A stretch of DNA of 19,412 bases, from contig NW_021824265.1 of NCBI RefSeq assembly GCF_006345805.1, positions 1 to 19,412 of the forward strand, in the 5' to 3' direction. Shown here in pieces: positions 1 to 9,416 of this stretch; the stretch's first letter is position 1, and each line of letters begins with the position of its first letter. Source of the stretch: Octopus sinensis. Its lineage: Eukaryota. The notes under the pieces were generated by a model. The model searched no databases and was not told the DNA's origin. It saw nothing but the letters and a program-made list of their open reading frames with translations. The position numbers and the translations under genes were made by a program.

Positions 1-150
1 ACATTATTACAATTGACGGATATTTGTCCTCATCTTTGTTGTTAACACAACGTTTCAGCTGATATGCCCTCCAGCCTTCATCAAATATCCGTCAATTGTA
101 AATGATGTAAATAATGTACGTAATTCCTCATCTCTTAAATATAGAACTGT
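1..150. mobile_element. PLE-like terminal-repeat remnant with inverted duplication
   Basis: Perfect 20-bp inverted repeat (7-26 TTACAATTGACGGATATTTG vs 82-101) enclosing an HHR motif. Inverted partial terminal repeats and HHRs are established PLE hallmarks. The left arm runs off the window start. Confidence 0.6.
41..84 (-). ncRNA. Type I hammerhead motif, disrupted at C3/stem I
   Basis: Minus strand reads UUGAUGA-A-GGCUG-(10 nt)-CAGCU-GAAAC-GUU. Stem II forms 5 bp, stem III is the ACGU palindrome, and the 5' stem I strand is replaced by the inverted segment. Confidence 0.6.
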
Positions 151-484
151 AAGGTATTTGTAGACAAATAAACTCAGATAAACTCAAATAAACTGCTATT
201 GTGAATCTGTTTTGATGGGGATATCTGTGTTGAATATTGTGACTCCCCATGCATTTCCTTTGATCCCGAGATGTATTTGATGCCACAGCCGTAAGCAAAT
301 GAAACATTAGTTAATAAAACAACTTTATCACTAACACTTGATCTCTTCTACTGTCCAAAAGAAATTTACTTATAAACAAATAAATTGGCCCAACATAGAA
401 ATAACTGGATGGTTACGAATGAAATATCTTTTAATAATATGCCTTATGAATCAGAGCTAATCTAAAGGAAAAGTAAGGGAAATG

Positions 485-645
485 TTTCTTACATAAGTGC
501 ACAACAAGAGAAAATTTGGGGTATTTGACAGATACGTTATTTCATCGAATACAGAAGTATGGAATGCAAAGTCAACCCCGGCGAGATTTGATCACAGAAC
601 ATAAAGATCCGTAACTAAATACTACAAATCGTTTTGTTTGACGTT
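485..645 (-). mobile_element. Old tRNA-derived SINE, family A tail-B
   Basis: Degenerate match to the copies at 833-1024 and 4941-5108 (tail TTTCT..GCACAA..AAATTTGGGG; body AAAGTCAACCCCGGCGAGATTTGATCACAGAAC), with an internal deletion. Confidence 0.6.
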
Positions 646-832
646 CGTCAGACACGTCAAGATCCACCTTCTATAACACCTTCTGGCACACAAGCCAAGA
701 AATTTGATCGGTGGCTAAGATTTGCTATTCATTCGTCTCCAGTAGTTGATTGATATTTTCACAACATCGACTGCAAAGATTTGCGACAGATTTGAAGTCG
801 AGAAGTAAAAGAAACTTAACAAATATTGGTAT

Positions 833-1024
833 CAAATTTTGGCACAAGGCAAAGAATTTCAGGTGTGGGGTTGTTTGATTACATCGACTCCTGTGCTCAA
901 GAGGTACTTAATTCATCGAGTCCGAAACGACGAAAGGCAAAGTCGACCTAAGCGAAACTTGAATTCAGAACCTAAGGACGGACGAAATCCCGCTAAACAT
1001 TTTATCCGGCGTGCTAACGTTTCT
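833..1024 (-). mobile_element. tRNA-derived SINE, family A tail-B, head truncated by a second SINE
   Basis: GGCACAAGG..GGGG..GATTACATCGAC..AAGGCAAAGTCGACC..GAATTCAGAAC..CCGGCGTGCTAACGTTTCT aligns with the other family A copies. Confidence 0.8.
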
Positions 1025-1251
1025 TATTTCTTTACTGCCCACAAGGGGCTAAATATAGAGGGGACAAACAAGGACAGACAAAGGGAATAAGTCGATTACA
1101 TCGACCCTAGTGCGTAACTGGTACGTATCGATCCCGAAAGGATAAAAGGCAAAGTCGACCTCGGCGGAATTTGAACTCAGAACGTAGAGGCAGACGAAAT
1201 ACTGCTCAGCGTTTCGCCCGGCGTGCTAACGTTTCTGCCAGCTCGCCGCCT
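1025..1251 (-). mobile_element. Full-length tRNA-derived SINE, family A tail-A
   Basis: Reverse complement aligns end to end with 7545-7776 and 12056-12287. A-box-like TGGCAGAAACG and B-box-like GAGTTCAAATTCC are present. Confidence 0.92.
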
Positions 1252-1926
1252 CAATACGACCATAAAGACTAGTTTAGACATTAGTTCAAGGCGAGAAATG
1301 TTATCACTATATAACATGTACTATAGATTAAATAAACACTAGTACTAGATCGGCACTTTACTTTGTCAACTACACTAAAATCAGAGGTAAGAATAAAATA
1401 AGCCCTTAATAAGATTCGAACTCGGAACTCAAAGACGCCCATGCTTGACTGATGCTTTAACAATTATCCCAAACCCACAGAGACGCTAATTTTTCGTAGG
1501 CTAAATGCCACGACAAACCTGGAGTAGAGGTCACGAATGGCGCCGAAATGACTCTGACGAACCGAGCCGTTTGATTATTGACCAAATGATTAATTAAAAT
1601 GCCGTGAATCTGGGGAAAAACAATAACTGAACCGAGCGCTTGTGTGAAGCATATTCCTATCGATCTCTCAAGAATGAAAAGCGAAACCGTCCGCAGTGCG
1701 ATTTGAACACGGAACGCAAATGGATATAGATGTTAATTATACAATGTGTTACTGTTTAGATGTGAAATCGCAGCAGCTGCATAATGTTGAACAATATATG
1801 GCATCATTGTTTGCTTATTCCTTTTATATGTTTCTCAAAGAGAAGAAAAAAAATATATAATTGTGAGCATTTGCAATTATTCCAAGGCAGCTTGTAAATC
1901 AGGACTGGATTCGTCAGTAGATTAAA

Positions 1927-1998
1927 GCTGGTTGTTAACGATAGGAAAGCGACAATAAATTCGCTGGTTGTTAACGATGGCAAAACGACAATAAAATC
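1927..1998. repeat. Tandem duplication, 2 x 36 bp
   Basis: GCTGGTTGTTAACGAT..CGACAATAAA at 1927-1962 and 1963-1998, 32/36 identical. Confidence 0.9.
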
Positions 1999-2135
1999 CT
2001 CAACACAAGAAACTATAAAGTGTCACTTAATGATCAGGTGATGTGTGATACTTGTGGTGATTAGCTAAATGTCTAGATTTCTTGCTTGATCTGATATTAT
2101 TGGGAGTATTATAGTGTGCGTGTTTGGGAGAGAAC

Positions 2136-2245
2136 GACAGGAAGAGAGAGAGAGAGAGTGTGGTGGAGGAAAAGGGAAGGAGGAAGCGGGAGAGGGGTGA
2201 GGAGGGAGAGAGAGAGAGAGAGAATGAGAGTGCGACAGAGAGAAT
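2136..2245. repeat. (GA)n / purine-rich tract
   Basis: GAGAGA and GGAGG runs seen directly. Confidence 0.9.
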
Positions 2246-3487
2246 CATTGTTCTCTGAGAATTGAGTATCTTCTCACGCGCTAAATACTCATTCGTGACA
2301 GAGGCTCACTTTTTGAAGGAATGTGGGTCATAGTCTCTCACATCAACCTAAGTATATTACTGGTATTTTATCTTCATCTACTTCGGATAGATGAAAGGTA
2401 AGAACTCGAAGGGATTAGAACACAGAAAGCAAAAGTACTTGCGTCAATTATTTATTTCCAAAAGTGGCAAATTGAATCCTTAATTTATTGATACTTGGTT
2501 TTATCTGCTTCGGATTCATGACTTGGAGAATTGAGCTTGGCGGTATTTGAAGTCTGAACTCAATCATTCATGCTCTAAATATTTATTTCTGAAACTAGCA
2601 CAGTCTTGGAAAAGAATTTAGTCGATGATATACGAGTAGCAAAATGCCAAATACTTTATTTACCCCGAGTAATTCCGTTCATGTTTCATTGGGCTTTCAA
2701 TTCTTGTTGGAACTGTTGGGGCGATGGCATGACAGACATTGTATCTGGGGGATTTTAAACTTCCACAAATTTAATGAATTCTCAGGCTTGATCACATCTG
2801 ATTTCCCCCGAGGAGAAAGAAATGGAGAGAAGTGAATGAAGGGAAGAGAGCAAGTAACGAAGAATCTCGCCTAGAACTTGACGGTACTTCATTTATCGAC
2901 AATCAGTTGTATAAAAAGCAAAGCTGACTACGATGAAATTTGAAATCAGAATGTCAAAGTTCAAGTGCTAAATATAAATTTTCAAAATTTATTCTGTCAG
3001 AAGAAAGTAATAATTCTTCATGAAATCTTAATGTCATCTTCAATTGTTTTATTTTTTTTTCAAAAATGTTAAATTTCTAAATGCTAAATTTTCTACAAAA
3101 TTCCATAGGTGTCAAGTTAAATTACATTAAGAAAATTGAAGAATGATTTTCCAAGTTTGTGCTTTATCATGTGATTAGCCAGCCTCCTGCTTTTAGGTCG
3201 TTTTGACTTTAATCATTCACGAATCTGTTGCTTAACTGTTTTACCAAGTAGGAAATCTATTTAAAGTCTGCTTAAAAAGCGTACCTACGTTTCATTAAAA
3301 GACATTTTTAGAAAGCCAGTCTCTAAATCGTATTCTAAGTTTATTTAAAAACTGTGCATAAATACATATGAATCGAACTCCTGGATTCTTACGATGAACA
3401 GATATTTGTCTCATTGTGTCGGCGAGGGCTGTCTCTGGTTGCTTAACTGATCCTTCAGGTTATCATAGAAAGCCATCAGGTCATCAC

Positions 3488-3608
3488 AGAAAGACGAAGA
3501 GAGATGTATGAACAATGAACGCGTGTATTAGTTAGACGCTCAGGAAAATGAAAAAGGTCTTTTACGTTTCGAGCCTACGCGCTTCAACAGAAAGGATTAA
3601 GAGAAAAT

Positions 3609-3612
<4 letters not shown>
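3488..3612 (-). mobile_element. PLE-like short repeat, family B, with degenerate HHR at 3559-3594
   Basis: Shares GTATTAGTT..ACGCTC.GG..TTTTACGTTTCGAGCCTACGC.CTTC..CAGAAA with 5848, 13165 and 16574. Core reads CUGUUGA (A6 mutated). Runs into (GA)n at 3613-3639. Confidence 0.75.
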
Positions 3613-3639
<27 letters not shown>

Positions 3640-3870
3640 CTGAAGAAGACGTGTATGCATGTAACTATTTAAAGGATCCAATTGAATCGAGGTATTTTGA
3701 TCATCAGGACTTATCCTCATAGAGATGTGGGAGTCAAAAAATATATACAGTAGGGGCCAAATCTTAGATGTTAAGTTATGGATGTAGATTTTTATTCACT
3801 TGAAGATTGATTTGTCCATCAGCAAAAAACATCTCTGAAATAGCTGTAGTGAATCTCAACACATTTGCTT

Positions 3871-3909
3871 ACATACACACACACAGACGCACAAACACAC
3901 ATACACACA

Positions 3910-3956
<47 letters not shown>

Positions 3957-4104
3957 CAACACACACACACACAGACGCACACACACACCCACACACGCAC
4001 AGACGCACACACACACACACCCAAACACACACCCACACATACAATTATATGTATATGTGTGTATGTATGTATCTGTGTATGTATGTGTGTATGTATGTAT
4101 GTAT
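3871..4104. repeat. Compound (CA)n / (TATG)n microsatellite
   Basis: Seen directly; explains four ORF-track entries. Confidence 0.97.
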
Positions 4105-4469
4105 TGCTCTTATTTCCGGTAGATAATTACACAGCTTCTCTCTTAGGCTGTAATCAAAATTTTATAAATTGCCTTGTCATATCGATCAAGAAGGCTGTCA
4201 CAACGCTCCGCCGTCGATGAATATATAATACCAAATATGAAAGGTATCATTCGATATTTCTATGTATATCACTAGGCCATATGTCAAATAATATAGTTCT
4301 TTAAATACTATCAACCAGCCTTTCTCTCCCCTCTCAATTTATCTAGTTGCTGTTCGCAGTTGTTGTTACTTGACACGCAGCAAATTTCTCTGTCAATACC
4401 AGTAATATATGGCGATCGTCAAATGGCCATCATATCTTCTTATTTTCCTTTGAGGATGAGAATGTTAAT

Positions 4470-4590
4470 TTTGCAATCACACTGTTTCCGGTTCATTCCC
4501 ACGACCCACAGCGCGGTACCATAATTATTTGCATCCTGGTATAGTGCTGGTTAGATCAACGTTGATGGAAACTGTGTGGAAGCGTGTTGT
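4470..4590 (+). mobile_element. Very degenerate SINE fragment, family E
   Basis: TTCCGGTTCATTCCC (B-box-like) and tail GATGGAAACTGTGTGGAAGC resemble 9264-9416 and the reverse complement of 13493-13652. Confidence 0.4.
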
Positions 4591-4594
4591 TTGT

Positions 4595-4611
4595 ATAATA
4601 ATAATGATAAC

Positions 4612-4646
<35 letters not shown>

Positions 4647-4935
4647 TAATAATAATGTTAATAATAATGTTAATAATAATAATAATAATAATAATGATAA
4701 TAATAATGATAATAATAATGTTAATAATAATAATAATAATAATGATAATTATAATGTTAATAATAATGTTAATAATAATAATAATAATGATAATAATACT
4801 AATAATAATAAAAATAACAATAATAATAATGATAATAAAAACGTTAATAATAATGTTAATATTAATAATAATAATAATAATAATAATAATGATAATAATG
4901 ATAATAATAATAATAATAATAAAAATAATAATAAT
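4595..4935. repeat. Interrupted (AAT)n microsatellite
   Basis: About 340 bp of AAT with GAT/GTT/AAC/AAA variants; source of the poly-I and poly-N ORFs. Confidence 0.98.
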
Positions 4936-4940
4936 CATCC

Positions 4941-5107
4941 TTTCTATTAAAGGCACAAGGTTAGAAGTTTGTGGGTGGGGGCTAGTCGATTATCTCGACT
5001 CCAGTCTTTCACTGCTACTTATTTTATCGACCCCGAAAGGATGAAAGGCAACGTCGACTTTGGTGGAATTTGAACTCAGAACGTAGTGACGCACTTTGCT
5101 CGCCGCC

Positions 5108-5108
<1 letters not shown>
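4941..5108 (-). mobile_element. tRNA-derived SINE, family A tail-B, with a deletion in the head
   Basis: TTTTATCGACCCCGAAAGGATGAAAGGCAACGTCGAC..GGAATTTGAACTCAGAACGTAG matches family A. It ends in GCTCGCCGCCT but lacks roughly 45 bp between the A and B boxes. Confidence 0.9.
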
Positions 5109-5148
<40 letters not shown>

Positions 5149-5183
5149 TATATATGTATACACACACACACACACACACACAT
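5109..5183. repeat. (AAT)n then (TA)n/(CA)n
   Basis: Seen directly. Confidence 0.95.
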
Positions 5184-5342
5184 ATCAAAACAGTTTGGTA
5201 TTCTGAGTTTCAAGTGTGTAACTAATCTTAGCACACGCTTGAAACACAGAGTACCAAGGAGTCCGAATCCAACTGTTTTGATCCATACATGTAACTTCCA
5301 ATGAATGCACTGAGAGCCCTTCTTTCGATTGTCTACTCACTC
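5184..5342 (+). mobile_element. PLE-like repeat, family C, with fold-back
   Basis: Tail GAATCCAACTGTTTTGATCCATACATGTAAC..CCCTTCTTTC..TTGTCTACTCAC is shared with 10512-10591 and more loosely with 16142-16205. Carries the HHR 3' half GAAAC-ACAGA-GUA. Confidence 0.65.
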
Positions 5343-5655
5343 ATATAAATAAATATATATATATTTAAAAATTGAGTAACGAGAAAATGGAGAAGCAAAA
5401 TTTTAATTTCATTTTAATTTTAATTTAATTTTAATTTTATCCCAATTGGAAAATAATGCAAATGGAAGAATAAAAGATATGCCTATAAGAATAAGTATAA
5501 TACGAACAGCACCAACAAAAAAGCCCATAAATATACCCCCCTCCCCAAATTCTACATATGTTTCAATGAGGAAATTTCTATCACTATATTTAGTTAAACC
5601 CAGTTGTAATCTGGATTGTTTTTTAACAATCTTTACGGGAATATTGCATCCTCAA

Positions 5656-5661
<6 letters not shown>

Positions 5662-5748
<87 letters not shown>

Positions 5749-5776
5749 TATATACATATATATATATATATATAAT

Positions 5777-5815
<39 letters not shown>

Positions 5816-5845
5816 TATATATATATACATAGATACATACATATG
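5662..5845. repeat. (AT)n microsatellite
   Basis: Seen directly. Confidence 0.97.
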
Positions 5846-5847
5846 TA

Positions 5848-6025
5848 GTGAGAATTTACAAAAAAAGACGAAGACGGGTGTGTAAACAACACACAGATGT
5901 ATTAGTTTAACGCTCGGGAAGTGAGTAATCTTTTACGTTTCGTGCCTACGCTCTTCCACAGAAAGGAACACAGAAATAAACACAGAGAGAAAATAAAAAA
6001 GGTTTAGTGGCTACAGATCTATCAT
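5848..6025 (-). mobile_element. PLE-like short repeat, family B, with degenerate HHR at 5930-5965
   Basis: Same termini as 16574-16718 (GTGAGAATT ... GATCTATCAT). HHR core reads CUGUGGA and stem II has one mismatch. Confidence 0.8.
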
Positions 6026-6440
6026 ATATATATATATATTATTTCATTTATGCAGAGCGATACAAATAACCCGGTATTAAAACCCAATATACATATGCTT
6101 CATAACAAAGCGTCAGTCTGGTGCCGAGCAGCAATAAGACTTTATGGTAATAACAAAGTCAAACCGAATATTGACATTTTGAAATCGTTTAATACGTCCG
6201 TCTCATCTTAGCGCAATACATAATACGAAATGCATCCATTACGTAATAAAAACATTCACTCTTTTATATTGCACAAACGTACGTATAAAGAGATTTGAAA
6301 TATATCGTTATTTGGTTTGACTTCGTTATTAGAACTTTTACGACTCGTTGCCAGTACGAACTAGATTCCACTTATGCGGATATTGTAACAGCGGTTTCGA
6401 GTAGTTTGTTATGTTGACTGTGTTCTAAAATTTGGGTTAT

Positions 6441-6441
6441 A

Positions 6442-6510
<69 letters not shown>

Positions 6511-6575
6511 TATATATATGTAACATACACCACACACACACACAGAGATATATATGCATATAATATATAAATATA
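6441..6575. repeat. (AT)n/(CA)n microsatellite
   Basis: Seen directly. Confidence 0.95.
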
Positions 6576-6616
6576 TGAAAGAATGGAGCTGAACGACGAA
6601 TAACAAATTTCCTTTA

Positions 6617-6700
6617 TTTTCGACATATGTTTCGAAGGCTGCATATTCCTAATTGCGAAGGAATAAGAGAGTACATTATGTCGCTTTCTCATCAGGAAAA
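6617..6700 (-). ncRNA. Type I hammerhead ribozyme, intact canonical core
   Basis: UUUUC-CUGAUGA-GAAAGC-(43 nt)-GCCUUC-GAAAC-AUAU-GUC|GAAAA. Stem I is 5 bp, stem II 5/6 bp, stem III is the palindrome ACAUAUGU, with a GUC triplet. Predicted cleavage is between 6622 and 6621. Confidence 0.8.
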
Positions 6701-6810
6701 GCAAGGAACTTATGTCAACATCAAAAGCACATCAAATGTGAATTTGCTACCAGGTATCGGTTAATTCGAATTATCCATAATAAGATAATTCATTCAACTA
6801 CTCAAATATT

Positions 6811-6829
6811 CATATATATACATATATAT

Positions 6830-6883
<54 letters not shown>

Positions 6884-6900
6884 TATATATATATAGTATA

Positions 6901-6949
<49 letters not shown>

Positions 6950-6961
6950 GCATATATATAC
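6811..6961. repeat. (AT)n microsatellite
   Basis: Seen directly. Confidence 0.97.
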
Positions 6962-6974
6962 AGCTATTAATGTG

Positions 6975-7172
6975 TCGGTGTTTTGGGGAATTTACGTTTG
7001 TTCTCTGCCACCGCTTATCAGCCGTTATTGGTTTGTCCCGGTCAAATTATCGGCTCGGCACAGATGGATCGACAGAATAAGTTCAAAACTTAAAGAAATA
7101 TGTATTTGGAGTGGTTTGTTCAGCTAAACCCTTCATGGCATTGTCCCAGCATGGCCACGACTACAAAAATAA
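6975..7172. mobile_element. Degenerate SINE-like repeat, family D
   Basis: CGGCTCGGCACAG..GAATAAGTTCAAAACTTAAAG..TTTGTTCAGCTAAA aligns with 10690-10855 (CGGTTCGGCAAAAG..AACAAGTACCAAATTTAAAAG..TTTGTCCGACTAAA). Confidence 0.65.
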
Positions 7173-7191
7173 AATGTTCTTTACAACTCAC

Positions 7192-8151
7192 CTTGCATTA
7201 ATCACTAATCATTGTGTCCTTTTATGCAGACAGTGAAGTATGATTTTCCACATGTATGACTGGTATTTCTAGCATGCTGGTATTTCTTCAGGCTCCCAAA
7301 TAACTGCGGTCGTCTGTGTATTTCTTCGTCATATACATGACATGAAATATATTAACACAGGTTTTCGTCTCATATTCGACATTATCAAATTCAATCTCGT
7401 CGAAGTCAATCTCACTTTCGTCACCGTCAATCCCAATTACGTTGTTCATGCCTCCCAGTCTCCCCTACAATACTCCTGGGATTGTCTTGGGGTTAGACTC
7501 CTCGGGCGCCTCTATAGGCTCCTATCAGACGACATCATCATTACGGCGGAGAGCTGGCAGAAACGTTAGCTGGCCGGGTGAAATGCCTAGCGGTATTTCG
7601 TCTGCCGTTACGTTCTGAGTTCAAATTCTGCCGAGGGCAACTTTGCCTTTCATCCTTTCGGGGTCGATTAAATAAGTACCAGTTACGCACTGGGGTCGAT
7701 GTAATCGACTTAATCCGTTTGTTTGTCCTTGTTTGTCTCCTCTGTGTTTAGCCCCTTGTGGGTAGTAAAGAAATACACATCATCATTACAATTTCTGGCT
7801 GTATTCTGAAAGAAGATATAACATTCTTGTTCTACGCCTCCTGCCGGTTAGCTCAGCTTTAAGGACCCGTCTTGTGATTCTTTCCTGTGAGATTCTAATC
7901 CCAAGTCCATAATACTGGAACTGAGAACTTTCAATGCGGAGGAGTTGCAGCTTGACCCGTCGAACCCTCCCCGTTCACGTACTCTGTTTGGTACGCCATA
8001 TTATCGTCTGCATTAATTTCTTTATCGTCAATTTCAATGTCGTCGTCACTATTGGAGGGAGCGAGTTTTCTTTCTGACTAAACGTTGTTCTCTTTGATTG
8101 TATGTCGTGGTTAAAAGTCAGGGTCTTCATCAGGAAAGTTTACACGTTGCC
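7192..8151 (-). pseudogene. Decayed acidic coding exon interrupted by a SINE; product not recognised
   Basis: Acceptor TTTCTTTCGCCCAG| at 8152/8151 and donor AAG|GTGAGT at 7192/7191. D/E-rich frames include SNSDDDIEIDDKEINADD and MNNVIGIDGDESEIDFDEIEFDNVEYET. The frame is continuous across the SINE once the SINE and one TSD are removed. Several in-frame stops and at least one frameshift remain. Confidence 0.55.
7545..7776 (+). mobile_element. Full-length tRNA-derived SINE, family A tail-A, with 13-bp TSD
   Basis: Perfect TSD ACATCATCATTAC at 7532-7544 and 7777-7789. A/B boxes present; aligns with 12056-12287. Confidence 0.96.
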
Positions 8152-8768
8152 CTGGGCGAAAGAAATTATAATTCAATATGGCTTTCTAAAATTACCACAG
8201 TACCTACATTTGGTGGAACGGTGTAGATGTTTATATAATCTACCCTAAAACATTTCTGGCACTTAGTTTTTCGTCCACGGATGAATGAAATGCAACATCC
8301 CGGTCCATCAATTTTGTTTTAATATTGATTTCTAAGATTGAATGTCCACAATTCCAATCGCGAAGGTGCAATCTTTTACATTGAGTCAAGAACATGTCGT
8401 CTGCTTTATTTGTTTCTTCATAACGAATGCATGAATTAAAAAATTTCATTATAGTGGAATTTGAACTCAAATCGAAAATCTACACAACTATCAATCACAA
8501 ACCCTTCCTTCACCGCTCTATTGGTTTTGCTAATGGATCGATCAAAGATAGATTTAATAAAGATTAAAAAAAAAAATTAAGCGCAATACACAATTCGATC
8601 TAAAGTATGTAGGATATTTTTCAGCAGAATTTAAACAGTTATTTATATTTGAACATCCAGAATGCTGAAAGGCAAAAGCTGAACATTAAAGCCAGGCCGT
8701 TCACCCGGTAATTTGAATCTTTCTGATTTCCTTTAATTGTTATTTCATCTCTTCGTTATTTCTCTTAC

Positions 8769-8899
8769 CTTTCATTAATTATCGTTAGCATCTAAATGGC
8801 GAACTTTTCCAGTTGAGAAGCAATATAGAAGTAAGATAGCATCTGATACCGGGCTACAGTTTGCGACGTCCTTATATGGTAGAACAGACCAATCATAAT
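8769..8899 (-). other. Candidate 131-nt exon
   Basis: Acceptor TTCGTTTCCCAG| and donor AAG|GTAAGA. All three frames contain stops, so it is a UTR, terminal or pseudo-exon. Confidence 0.45.
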
Positions 8900-8936
8900 C
8901 TGGGAAACGAACCATACAGAGATGACTTGTTGCCGT

Positions 8937-8987
8937 TATATACATACATACCACACACACACATACATACATACATACATACATACA

Positions 8988-9023
<36 letters not shown>

Positions 9024-9081
9024 TATATGTTTGTATATATATATGTGTATATATATGTATATATGTAAATATATATATATT

Positions 9082-9170
<89 letters not shown>

Positions 9171-9260
9171 GTGTGTCAATATATATATTATATATATGTG
9201 TATATATATATGTGTGTGTTTGTATGTATGTGTGTATAAATGGGTGTATGTGTGTGCATT
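8937..9260. repeat. Compound (CATA)n/(AT)n/(GT)n microsatellite
   Basis: Seen directly. Confidence 0.97.
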
Positions 9261-9263
9261 CAA

Positions 9264-9416
9264 GCATGGATCTGTGATGGAGAAGTTCAACTCGCACCAA
9301 CGTAGTATCAGTATCTGTCCAATTGAGTGACAACTTAAGCACATTCTACTGTAGGCCTCGGCAAAACCGATATCTTGCGAAGAAATTTTGTAGATGAAAA
9401 TCGTGTGGAAGCACGT
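9264..9416 (+). mobile_element. Old SINE copy, family E
   Basis: TTCTACTGTAGGCCTCGG..CTTGCGAAGAAATTTTGTAGATGAAAATC..GGAAGC aligns with the reverse complement of 13493-13652. Confidence 0.6.

Noticed and set aside
839-1090. 83-aa ORF
   Set aside because: Lies within two abutting SINE copies.
1390-2560. Short family A-like traces (about 1405-1435, 1670-1720, 2375-2435, 2545-2560)
   Set aside because: Only 20-40 bp of similarity around GAACTC/GAACAC. Probably very old SINE remnants, but boundaries cannot be supported.
2664-2797. Minus-strand exon candidate (CAG| ... GGG|GTAAAT) after a pyrimidine tract
   Set aside because: All three frames contain stops and the pyrimidine tract is just the complement of a GA-rich stretch; at best a non-coding exon.
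5548-5660. GAAAC-AUAU-GUA on the minus strand, like the 6617 ribozyme
   Set aside because: No CUGANGA with a compatible stem II; the nearest is UUGAGGA about 85 nt away with poor stems.
6380-6425. GAAAC-CGCU-GUU half motif on the minus strand
   Set aside because: No upstream CUGANGA.
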